Below are positions 10,560-17,894 of a stretch of 32,000 nucleotides of DNA, piece after piece. Within the stretch, counting starts at the first letter, position 1; each line of letters opens with the position of its first letter. A program made the translations under genes and the position numbers. The notes beneath the pieces are model-generated. The model saw nothing but the letters and a program-made list of their open reading frames with translations. It did no database searches and was not told the DNA's origin. The DNA comes from Candidatus Electrothrix sp. GW3-4 (lineage in GTDB: Bacteria > Desulfobacterota > Desulfobulbia > Desulfobulbales > Desulfobulbaceae): NCBI RefSeq assembly GCF_037902255.1, contig NZ_CP147990.1, forward strand, positions 1,890,001 to 1,922,000, written 5' to 3'.

Positions 10560-11867
10560 TTAAGGCAGCAGATCCTGTATGGCTTGGACATGCCGCTGCA
10601 CCCCGCCACGATGACGTTCCACCAGCTCCTGCGCGGCCTGTCCCATCTGAACGCGTGCCCTTTGATCAGAGAACAAAGAGGCCAGGGTATCTGTAAGAGA
10701 ATCCACTGTCATCGTTTTTCCTCCGCCACAGTCAAGCAGTTCACGGACGATTTCGGAAAAATCTTCCATATGGGGCCCGAACAGCACCGGCACTCCGTGG
10801 ATGGCCGGTTCAATGGGATTATGCCCCCCTTGGTTGACCAGACTACCACCGACAAAGGCAAGCTGCGCTTGGCTATAACAGAAAGCCAGTTCCCCCAAGG
10901 TGTCCAGGATGAGCACTTGGCCCTTATTCTCTCGGCAACTGCGCCTTCCTGCTTCCAGGCCGAGGTCGCCAGCCATGTCAACAAGCTCCTGGCCCCGGTT
11001 AATGTCACGCGGTGCCAGAACAAGAAAGAGTTGTTCGTTAATATCCTTGGTAATATCCCGCCTGGCCAGCAGTTGAGCAAACGCGGCAAAGAGGAGTTCC
11101 TCCTCGCCGGGATGGGTTGACCCGCAGACCCAAACCAAACGCCCTTCCCCGGCCAACTCGGGAAAAACGGATTCTTTTTCTGTTTCAGCCGTACGTTCCA
11201 TATCATACTTCAGATTTCCCAGGGAAATAATCTTATCAGCTGGCACACCAAGCACGGTCATCTTGCGGCAATCCTCTTCTGTCTGCATGGAGAGAAGATC
11301 GAATGAGCGGAACATGGGCCGAAAAAAGAAAGCAAAGCGTTGGTAGGCAAGAAAAGATCTCTCAGAAATACGACCGTTAACCAGCATGGTTGGAATACCA
11401 TGCTTCTGGAGCAGGGCAAGCCAGTTTGGCCAAAAATCCGTCTCCACCTGAAGAAAGATATCCGGTCGAAATGCTGTTATATAGCGTTGCACAGCAAAAC
11501 GGAGATCAAAAGGGCCGGAAAGGATGAGCTGCACATAGGGGGCAAGCAGGTTCTCAGCTATTTTTTTTCCGTTGCTCGTGGCAACGGTCAGGATAATCAC
11601 GGCCTCTGCCATGTCTTTCCGTAATGCTTTGACAAGCGGCAGGGCCGAGGTGACCTCGCCGACGGAAAGGGCGTGTATCCAAATAACGGGACTCTTCACT
11701 GCCTCTTGAGTAACCTTGGCGAGGTTCGTTTGAACCTTCCCTATCGTCAATCCCAGACGCTCCAGCGTACGGCCACGATATTTTGCCCGGCTCAGAACGA
11801 CAAGCAGAAGCAAGGGCAGCAGGATGACCCAGGAAATAGTGAACAGCAGGTTGTAAATAAAAAGCAT
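10560..11867 (-). CDS. waaA: 3-deoxy-D-manno-octulosonic acid (KDO) transferase
   Basis: VIWIHALSVGEVTSALPLVKAL matches the KdtA/WaaA signature (WIHxxSVGE), followed by a glycosyltransferase C-terminal domain. The track ORF runs on to 12044, but that part only translates GC-rich hairpin repeats (…GRTHRFAPT…). I moved the start to ATG 11867, just before the N-terminal TM helix. Confidence 0.85.
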   Translation of the reverse strand: MLFIYNLLFTISWVILLPLLLLVVLSRAKYRGRTLERLGLTIGKVQTNLAKVTQEAVKSPVIWIHALSVGEVTSALPLVKALRKDMAEAVIILTVATSNGKKIAENLLAPYVQLILSGPFDLRFAVQRYITAFRPDIFLQVETDFWPNWLALLQKHGIPTMLVNGRISERSFLAYQRFAFFFRPMFRSFDLLSMQTEEDCRKMTVLGVPADKIISLGNLKYDMERTAETEKESVFPELAGEGRLVWVCGSTHPGEEELLFAAFAQLLARRDITKDINEQLFLVLAPRDINRGQELVDMAGDLGLEAGRRSCRENKGQVLILDTLGELAFCYSQAQLAFVGGSLVNQGGHNPIEPAIHGVPVLFGPHMEDFSEIVRELLDCGGGKTMTVDSLTDTLASLFSDQRARVQMGQAAQELVERHRGGVQRHVQAIQDLLP

Positions 11868-11922
11868 ATGAGAGTCGGTTAGGAATTCAACAAGAAATAT
11901 CCTACCCATTATTTCGGGGGCC

Positions 11923-11984
11923 GTAGGGGCGAACCTATGTGTTCGCCCTTTTATGTCGGGCAGACACGCAGGTCTGCCCCGACA
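11923..11984. repeat. Two adjacent GC-rich REP-like hairpins in the waaA leader
   Basis: Hairpin 1 has stem GGGCGAAC (11927-11934) / GTTCGCCC (11941-11948) and loop ctatgt. Hairpin 2 has stem GGGCAGAC (11958-11965) / GTCTGCCC (11972-11979) and loop acgcag. Both share the frame GT(A/C)GGGGC-N4...N4'-GCCC with the copy at 24773. Confidence 0.6.
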
Positions 11985-12375
11985 ATTCTGCACCTGAAAA
12001 CGGGGAATCAGCAAATAAACATAATGATTTTTAAAAGTCAACAATAAACAATAGCAAATATATCAAGACTATAAAAAGTTACACTCTCCTGCACCGCTAC
12101 TTCAAAAAGAACACAAAGGGGATAACTGCGCATACAGAACAGGTCTATTGCCGATAAAATCTCTTGATACTCCCTCACAGCAAATATGCTCATGCTCCAG
12201 AGAAAATTGACGATTTGGCAAAAAAATGCTATGCAGAGATACGCTCTAATAACGCCTCATCAAAATAACATCCATCCCTCCCCACTGGGGAGGGACAACA
12301 AAATATGAAAGCTGTTCGGACGACTCCAAGGAGGCGTCGGTACTTTCATATATACCTAAACGATTCGTATATCCA

Positions 12376-13674
12376 ATGATCGCAGAAAAACAATACGCCC
12401 CTGAACTGGCCAATTTTATCGGTTCCTCCCCCACAGCCTTTCATGCTGTTGCCTTGGCCGTTGACCTCCTGAAAAAAAACGGCTTTGAGCAATTAGATGA
12501 AAAAGAGACCTGGGAGAGATTGCCTGCTGGCAAATATTTTGTCCTGCGTAATGAATCCAGTCTGATCGGCTTTATCTGGCAGGACAGGGCAAAATCTGTA
12601 GAGATGATCGGGGCCCATACTGACAGTCCCTGCCTCAAGGTCAAGCCAAAACCCGTTATAAAAACCTGCAATTGTTTTCAACTGGGTGTAGAGATCTACG
12701 GCGGTGCTCTGCTCAGACCTTGGTTTGATCGGGAACTCTCTCTTGCAGGTCGTGCCCTTTGGCATGAACTGGGCTCATCAGAACTCCACTCAAGCCTGCT
12801 CGATTTCAAGCGACCCATTGCCATTATTCCTAACCTGGCTATCCATTTAAACCGCGAAGCCAATAAACTCCAGGAAGTCAACAGACAGAGTGACATGGTT
12901 CCTCTCCTCTCCTTAACCGAGGAAGAACAACCAGATTTCCTTGCACTCATCGAAAAGCAGCTGCGCAGCCAGTATTCCCTTCCTGAGCAAATCGCGGTCA
13001 CCGACCATGAACTCTTCTTTTACGATGCGGCTCCGCCTGCTCTAATCGGTCTGGAGGAGCAATTTCTCAGCGGGGGCCGCCTGGATAATCTGGCATCCTG
13101 CTTTGCTGCCCTGCAGGCCCTGCTCGCGGCTGACACTAATGAAACGACCCAGAACTGCATGATCATGCTCAATGATCACGAAGAGGTGGGCAGTACCTCG
13201 GCTGTGGGTGCGCAAGGTTCCTTTCTTCGTGATATTCTGGAACGGCTCTTACCTAACCCAGGGGAACGGCAGGCCATGCTGCGCAATTCCCTGCTCATCT
13301 CAGCAGATAATGCCCATGCACTTCATCCTAATTTCGCGGATAAGCATGATCCCCAACACCAACCCCTGATGAACAAAGGGCTGGTGATCAAGGTCAACGC
13401 CAACCAGCGCTATGCCACCAATGCCAAGACCTCGGCTCGATTCCGCCTGCTCTGTGAACAGGCTCAAGTACCGGTGCAAGAGTTTGTTGTGCGCAACGAT
13501 ATGGGCTGCGGTTCCACCATTGGGCCGTTGACTGCTGCCAAGATCGGGGTTGAGACCATTGACATTGGCATCCCCTCCCTGGCCATGCACTCCATCCGAG
13601 AGACAGCCGCCTGCAAGGATTGCTGGTACCTCTATCAGGTCTTACAGACCTTTTTTACCCCGGCCCGGAGCTAG
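12376..13674 (+). CDS. M18-family (aspartyl) aminopeptidase
   Basis: 432-aa ORF. The motifs IGAHTDSPCLKVKP, LNDHEEVGSTSAVGAQG and DIGIPSLAMHS are the metal-ligand and signature regions I associate with peptidase family M18. Confidence 0.85.
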   Translation: MIAEKQYAPELANFIGSSPTAFHAVALAVDLLKKNGFEQLDEKETWERLPAGKYFVLRNESSLIGFIWQDRAKSVEMIGAHTDSPCLKVKPKPVIKTCNCFQLGVEIYGGALLRPWFDRELSLAGRALWHELGSSELHSSLLDFKRPIAIIPNLAIHLNREANKLQEVNRQSDMVPLLSLTEEEQPDFLALIEKQLRSQYSLPEQIAVTDHELFFYDAAPPALIGLEEQFLSGGRLDNLASCFAALQALLAADTNETTQNCMIMLNDHEEVGSTSAVGAQGSFLRDILERLLPNPGERQAMLRNSLLISADNAHALHPNFADKHDPQHQPLMNKGLVIKVNANQRYATNAKTSARFRLLCEQAQVPVQEFVVRNDMGCGSTIGPLTAAKIGVETIDIGIPSLAMHSIRETAACKDCWYLYQVLQTFFTPARS

Positions 13675-13689
13675 AGAGAAGGGAAAGAG

Positions 13690-14082
13690 ATGTCATTTAC
13701 TGAGGAAGAAAAACATTGCGCCTTTGGCTTTCATCTCATGCTGGACTGCTACCAATGCAGCCCTGAGCATCTGGACAATATCGATGCCTGCTACAGATTT
13801 CTTGATGAACTGGTGATCATAACCGGGGCAACCAAGCAGACCCAGCCCTATGTGTTCAGGACTCCTGATGGATTTGCGGGTAAAGAAGGGTTGTCCGGCT
13901 GGGTGCCCTTGGTGGAATCAGGGATTTCCCTCCATACCCTGACCGGAAAACGCTTTATCAGCCTGGATGTCTATTCGTGCAAGGAATTCAGCATTGAGGA
14001 TATCAAGGGGTTCACCCAGCAATTCTTTCAGCCCGCCGAGATCGAAGAGCGATTCCTGTTACGGGGCGTGAAATATCATTGA
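13690..14082 (+). CDS. S-adenosylmethionine decarboxylase-family (pyruvoyl-dependent, SpeH-like) proenzyme
   Basis: 130-aa ORF. The size and the VESGISLHTL segment resemble the small bacterial/archaeal AdoMetDC family (the ES self-cleavage site, as in ESH-x-x-IHTWPE). Some members of this family are arginine decarboxylases, so the substrate is uncertain. Confidence 0.6.
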   Translation: MSFTEEEKHCAFGFHLMLDCYQCSPEHLDNIDACYRFLDELVIITGATKQTQPYVFRTPDGFAGKEGLSGWVPLVESGISLHTLTGKRFISLDVYSCKEFSIEDIKGFTQQFFQPAEIEERFLLRGVKYH

Positions 14083-14086
14083 GTGG

Positions 14087-14213
14087 GCTTGGTTCTAAGT
14101 TTGGCCAATAGATTTACGACTGACACTTGGGAGAATAATAAGACTGTAAAATCAAGCATATTTACCTGGCAACACAGGTCGATCCAGCTAGGTGGCCGGA
14201 GTTAGAACCAAGC
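14087..14213 (+). repeat. 127-bp imperfect palindrome (degenerate solo attC-like or MITE-like element)
   Basis: The terminal arms are GCTTGGTTCTAAGTTTGGCC (14087-14106) and GGCCGGAGTTAGAACCAAGC (14194-14213). They pair over 20 positions with one mismatch and two G-T pairs. The right arm contains GTTAGAA (a GTTRRRY-like core), and the left arm contains TTCTAAG instead of the expected TTCTAAC. The element is bracketed by CATTGAGTGGGC at 14077-14088 and 14216-14227. Confidence 0.4.
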
Positions 14214-14367
14214 TCCATTGAGTGGGCATTGAAGCTGTCATGGGGATAATCTTGTGAATGAAAATATGCGGCGGTAGGAGAAGGAGTGAAAACGGTGCGA
14301 TCCCTAGCCTGTTTTCCATTTTAGCCTCTGTATATCATGATAAGAGGAAAAGCGGAGGTACAAGTTG

Positions 14368-14480
14368 ATAAGTGGAAACAGTTTCCACTTTTACTGCCTC
14401 AATATCTGAATAAGTGGATTTTTGCGGAATATATTACGGTCAATAGCAGGACAGTTTTCCACTTATTAATACTGTTAGCC
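14368..14480 (+). promoter_or_regulatory. attI-like junction or operator region: four copies of ATAAGTGGAAA followed by the crossover core GTTAGCC
   Basis: The four copies are ATAAGTGGAAAC (14368-14379, +), its inverted partner GTTTCCACTTTT (14381-14392), ATAAGTGGA (14410-14418, +) and TTTTCCACTTAT (14455-14466, inverted). The core GTTAGCC at 14474-14480 is the exact reverse complement of the R'' box (GGCTAAC) of the attC that closes the first cassette. Confidence 0.5.
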
Positions 14481-14495
14481 ATATAAGAGAGAGAA

Positions 14496-14855
14496 ATGGA
14501 TAATTCATTGTCACGTCAAGAAATTGTTGAGCTACTAGCAGATTTTGTTAGGGGGGCAATCAGCGAAGAGGATGATAAATACGTCGTAACAGTGACAAGA
14601 CGCGAATCTTCAATTCAGCTACATGCGTACTTTTCAGAAATTGATGAGCTTTCTCGAACATTATCTAGTCTTGAGGTTAATGATGAAACAGCTCTATATG
14701 GAGATACGCGGTATGAGATCATTGTAAGAGAAGAGTCCGTTGGCCCCATGCGTCGCATGAGGGAAGATAAGATTGAAGTACATAATGAAGAAAATGGCCT
14801 TGTTTATGAGCTTTCATCAGCATCAGATGAGTATCTAGTGCTCTGTAAAAGCTAA
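14496..14855 (+). CDS. Hypothetical acidic protein (119 aa); either the N-terminal part of the downstream HEPN-like gene or a separate partner
   Basis: This is the first ORF of cassette 1, with its ATG 15 nt after the GTTAGCC core. I recognise no family. The frame of the next ORF opens at 14849, only 4 nt before this ORF's stop (14853-14855), within and after an AAAA run (14847-14850). Confidence 0.5.
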   Translation: MDNSLSRQEIVELLADFVRGAISEEDDKYVVTVTRRESSIQLHAYFSEIDELSRTLSSLEVNDETALYGDTRYEIIVREESVGPMRRMREDKIEVHNEENGLVYELSSASDEYLVLCKS

Positions 14856-14908
14856 AATTTAGGATTGGTCGTTTCCGTAATTGTTCCATCTTTCGATTTG
14901 GTCCGGAA

Positions 14909-15883
14909 ATGGTAACCCTAAAATTTAGTCATGACTTAGCACTAGTTTGGCTTTTGAATGAAATTAAGCAAAATTTATCCTCAAGAGATTTTAGGTTAGG
15001 TTTTTACTATAGCCCAAGAATTGACAGATATTTAGATGAAGAAGATGAGGCAAATCTGATAGAGTTCATACGCTTAACGTCTTTCAGATTTCTGACACTA
15101 AAAATAACATCAGACAAAAAACATAGCCCTTTACAATATTCTAGGCTTACTCATGCATTCTTGTTCCACATCGGATTTAATCTAGACATAGCGTTGGTTC
15201 CTCAAAGGCTTCTAGAAGAAATTGCTAGAAGAGGAAGAATTACAAGAATGCGCCGCTCCAGGCCCGACGAAATTGATCCGCCTCGAAGGATATATAACGA
15301 GGACTTAGTTCAACATTATCTCCTTGCTGTATCTACTGACAATCCAGTTATTGAATTTCTCTCGTATTATCATGTGCTAGAGCACTTTTATGAAGCAGTA
15401 TTTAATGATGACCTGCTGGAAACAATCAAAGATAAAATTACTGATCCTGGGTTTTCATATAAACGAAAGAAGGATATCGGACAGTTAGTCAGCACTATAA
15501 AGCGTTCTCTTCAAATAAGAAGTGAAACCATTACATTCAGTGAAAGTGAAGCATTGAGGCTTTGCCTGCAAAAATATGTCGTGCTTCCTGATCTTATTTC
15601 AAAGCTGGAAGAATACGATGAGACTCTTTTGGATTATTACAGGTCCACGAAGGTAGAATTTTCAGGTGGTACTGAGGTGGATATTGAAAATACTGAAGAA
15701 GAAACAGTCTTTAAGTCACTGACTAAACGTATTTATTCTACAAGAAATGCCCTTGTGCATAGTAAAGACGGCGATAAGTCAAAATATACACCATTTAAAG
15801 ACGATAGAATATTAGTGAAAGAAGTTCCACTAATGAGGTTTATTTCTGAAATGGTTATTTTGCAAGAGTCAGTGGTTCAATAA
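14909..15883 (+). CDS. HEPN-like (Rx4H motif) putative RNase, ApeA / MAE_18760-like architecture
   Basis: 324-aa ORF. The C-terminal KRIYSTRNALVHSKDG contains R-N-x-L-x-H, the HEPN Rx4-6H catalytic motif. The upstream helix region FLSYYHVLEHFYEAVF resembles HEPN nuclease families I recall (Apea-like, MAE_28990/MAE_18760-like). There is no convincing SD before ATG 14909. Confidence 0.55.
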   Translation: MVTLKFSHDLALVWLLNEIKQNLSSRDFRLGFYYSPRIDRYLDEEDEANLIEFIRLTSFRFLTLKITSDKKHSPLQYSRLTHAFLFHIGFNLDIALVPQRLLEEIARRGRITRMRRSRPDEIDPPRRIYNEDLVQHYLLAVSTDNPVIEFLSYYHVLEHFYEAVFNDDLLETIKDKITDPGFSYKRKKDIGQLVSTIKRSLQIRSETITFSESEALRLCLQKYVVLPDLISKLEEYDETLLDYYRSTKVEFSGGTEVDIENTEEETVFKSLTKRIYSTRNALVHSKDGDKSKYTPFKDDRILVKEVPLMRFISEMVILQESVVQ

Positions 15884-15884
15884 T

Positions 15885-15992
15885 GGCTAACAAGGCAAAT
15901 TCACTCGGACAAATTTCCGCAACGTTCGTTTGTGCTATGAATAGCACAAGCCTCACGTCGCTTCAATTTGCCGGTGATTTTCGGCGTTATGT
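15885..15992 (+). repeat. attC recombination site (attC-a, 108 nt)
   Basis: The layout is: R'' GGCTAAC (15885-91), spacer AAGGC, L'' AAAT(T)CAC (15897-904), stem CGG(A)CAAATT (15906-15) / AATTTGCCG (15965-73), central hairpin TTGTGCTA-tgaa-TAGCACAA, L' GTGATTT (15974-80), spacer TCGGC, R' GTTATGT (15986-92). Bases in brackets are unpaired (extrahelical). The site starts 1 nt after the stop codon. Confidence 0.65.
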
Positions 15993-16035
15993 GCTTAACC
16001 AAACTATGCCAAATTGTTAATAATTTAACAGGTGA

Positions 16036-17862
16036 ATGATTATGTTTTTTGCTGAATATTCTCGACGATTATTAAATTTAAAGCAGATATGGTTACTTGT
16101 CATACCATTGTTAACTGGTATCGTTTTCACGCCAAATGTTAGCGCAAATATAAACCCACTTTCAATTATTGTTGATGATTATTCTCCAACTTCAACTTAT
16201 CGCAACTGGTATTATAGTCGAATTGGAACTGATAGGGGTGAGATGGGGGCAGATAATTATAATGTCATCATTGGTGGTGGAACTGCATCAGTTAATGTGA
16301 CAACTGGATGGGCTGGAGTCTGGACAAATTTAATGCACCTTGGAGGAGATACTTTAAACCCTACTCAATTATTAGGGCCTTATGTTAAACAAGAATATCA
16401 AGCTCAAGTCGTAGGTATTGAAATTGATATTCTCGATGGTTCAGGCACATTAAAGATTGAGTTAACTAATCAAATTGGCACACCGATACATACTAATTTG
16501 TTTTCATTGACAGGAGGAGAACAAACTTTAAGTTATCAAGTAAATCCTACAGAACCTCTAAAATCTCTCAATTGGTTGGTCGATGGTCCGGGTCATGTAA
16601 TTGTTGATGAAATCAGGCTAATGATTAATGCACCTGACTATCAAACCAAAGAAGCTATTTTTTTATTTTCCTACAGTCACCTTTCACAATGTTACGATGA
16701 TGCAACAGGACTTGTGAGGGACAGAGCGCGTTGGCCTGTAGAAGATTCAGCAGCGGTTCAATCTATAGGTATGTTTGCTCTTGTAACAGCTGTTGCTTAT
16801 GATTTAGGTTTTGTAGAGGAAAATATTGCTAACGCGATAGTAAATAAAACAAAAGAAAGACTTGGGTTGTTGCCAACATACAAAGGTTTGCTTCCTCACT
16901 TCTTAAAGAATGGGGATATTGCCCCAAATACAGAATGGTCAAGCGTAGATACTGTTATTGCGTTAGTTTCAAATATACTGGCAGCACAATCTCTTAATAT
17001 TGAAACGTCCAGTTTAGAATCAATGTTAACAGATATTGATTGGAGTGATTTATCTAATGGATTTACTGGCGGAATAAGCATGGGTTATGACTATTCTAAG
17101 GTTAAAATAACGAATACATGGGACACATTTGGCTCCGAGACTTTTCTTTTAGCTGTAGCATATGCTGCCGCTACCACTGGGAAAATAGCCATAATAGAGC
17201 AATATCCAAATAAACCAACATGGGATGGCTCTGGCTTTAATGATGAAATGGCAACATTATTCTTTCCAATGACCGGAAGAGATTATTGGGGAAATGACTG
17301 GAACAACTACAGGTGTTCAGCATTTAAAAAACAGTATGCATATTTTTTAAATAATAACACTTATTCTGACTTGGGTTTATTTGGGTTAAGTGCCTCGGAA
17401 GTACCAGAAAAATGGGCTGTTGCAAATGACGCAGATCATTATGCTGCATGGGGGGTTGGTGGGCATAACGGAGCAGCTAATGATGGAACTACTGTTGCGG
17501 GCTATCCTATAGTCGCACCACACTATGCTGCTTTAACCTGTAATGAACATTCCGCTTCCTGTGAAAAACTTTTTGAATTTATTGCATCAAATAATATTTT
17601 TACACCTTTAAACAATGTTGAATCATGTGGCATTACAGGAAGTGCGCTGAAATGGAGTTCATTAAAAGGATCATGGAATCTTGTGCTACAGGCACTCGGT
17701 GTAGGCAGGGCATTATCTGGGGTTAACTTTGTGTCATACCTGGCCCTGAAACAAAATAATTTCTTGTTAAATGGCTATAATTCAATTTTTACAGAATATG
17801 GTAAACCTTGTTCGTTCGTAATTCCACCTGGTTTGATTTTTCTTTTAAACTCCAACGAGTAA
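16036..17862 (+). CDS. Secreted (alpha/alpha)6-barrel glycoside-hydrolase-like protein (GH144 / DUF3131 'glucoamylase-like' family) with an N-terminal beta-rich domain
   Basis: 608-aa ORF with a signal peptide (…LLVIPLLTGIVFTPNVSA|NI). The order of blocks is GLVRDRARWP, SIGMFALVTAVAYDLGFV, LLPHFLKNGD, SSVDTVIALVSNILAAQ, DIDWSDL, FGSETFLLAVAYAAAT, GLFGLSASE and IVAPHYAALT. This order parallels what I recall of the PF10091/GH144 endo-beta-1,2-glucanase fold. The start may be ATG 16042, which has better spacing to AGGTGA. Confidence 0.6.
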   Translation: MIMFFAEYSRRLLNLKQIWLLVIPLLTGIVFTPNVSANINPLSIIVDDYSPTSTYRNWYYSRIGTDRGEMGADNYNVIIGGGTASVNVTTGWAGVWTNLMHLGGDTLNPTQLLGPYVKQEYQAQVVGIEIDILDGSGTLKIELTNQIGTPIHTNLFSLTGGEQTLSYQVNPTEPLKSLNWLVDGPGHVIVDEIRLMINAPDYQTKEAIFLFSYSHLSQCYDDATGLVRDRARWPVEDSAAVQSIGMFALVTAVAYDLGFVEENIANAIVNKTKERLGLLPTYKGLLPHFLKNGDIAPNTEWSSVDTVIALVSNILAAQSLNIETSSLESMLTDIDWSDLSNGFTGGISMGYDYSKVKITNTWDTFGSETFLLAVAYAAATTGKIAIIEQYPNKPTWDGSGFNDEMATLFFPMTGRDYWGNDWNNYRCSAFKKQYAYFLNNNTYSDLGLFGLSASEVPEKWAVANDADHYAAWGVGGHNGAANDGTTVAGYPIVAPHYAALTCNEHSASCEKLFEFIASNNIFTPLNNVESCGITGSALKWSSLKGSWNLVLQALGVGRALSGVNFVSYLALKQNNFLLNGYNSIFTEYGKPCSFVIPPGLIFLLNSNE

Positions 17863-17894
17863 AAAGGAGAGTTCAGCTTAACAGAGTCATCATC

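Noticed and set aside
11868-12044. 59-codon N-terminal extension of waaA.
   Set aside because: It is a translation of the GC-rich hairpin repeats (…RGRPACLPDIKGRTHRFAPT…). The KdtA TM helix begins at Met60.
12246-12434. 62-aa minus-strand ORF spanning the aminopeptidase start region.
   Set aside because: It overlaps the leader hairpins and the 5' end of a well-supported gene, and it has no motifs.
14258-14368. 36-codon ORF (MKICGGRRRSENG…) between the palindromic element and the ATAAGTGGAAA repeats.
   Set aside because: It has no SD, no recognisable motif and is too short to evaluate.
14844-14856. Programmed -1 ribosomal frameshift joining the two cassette-1 ORFs.
   Set aside because: There is no X-XXY-YYZ slippery heptamer in the zero frame (TGT AAA AGC TAA) and no obvious downstream pseudoknot. 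A homopolymer miscall or two separate genes are simpler explanations.
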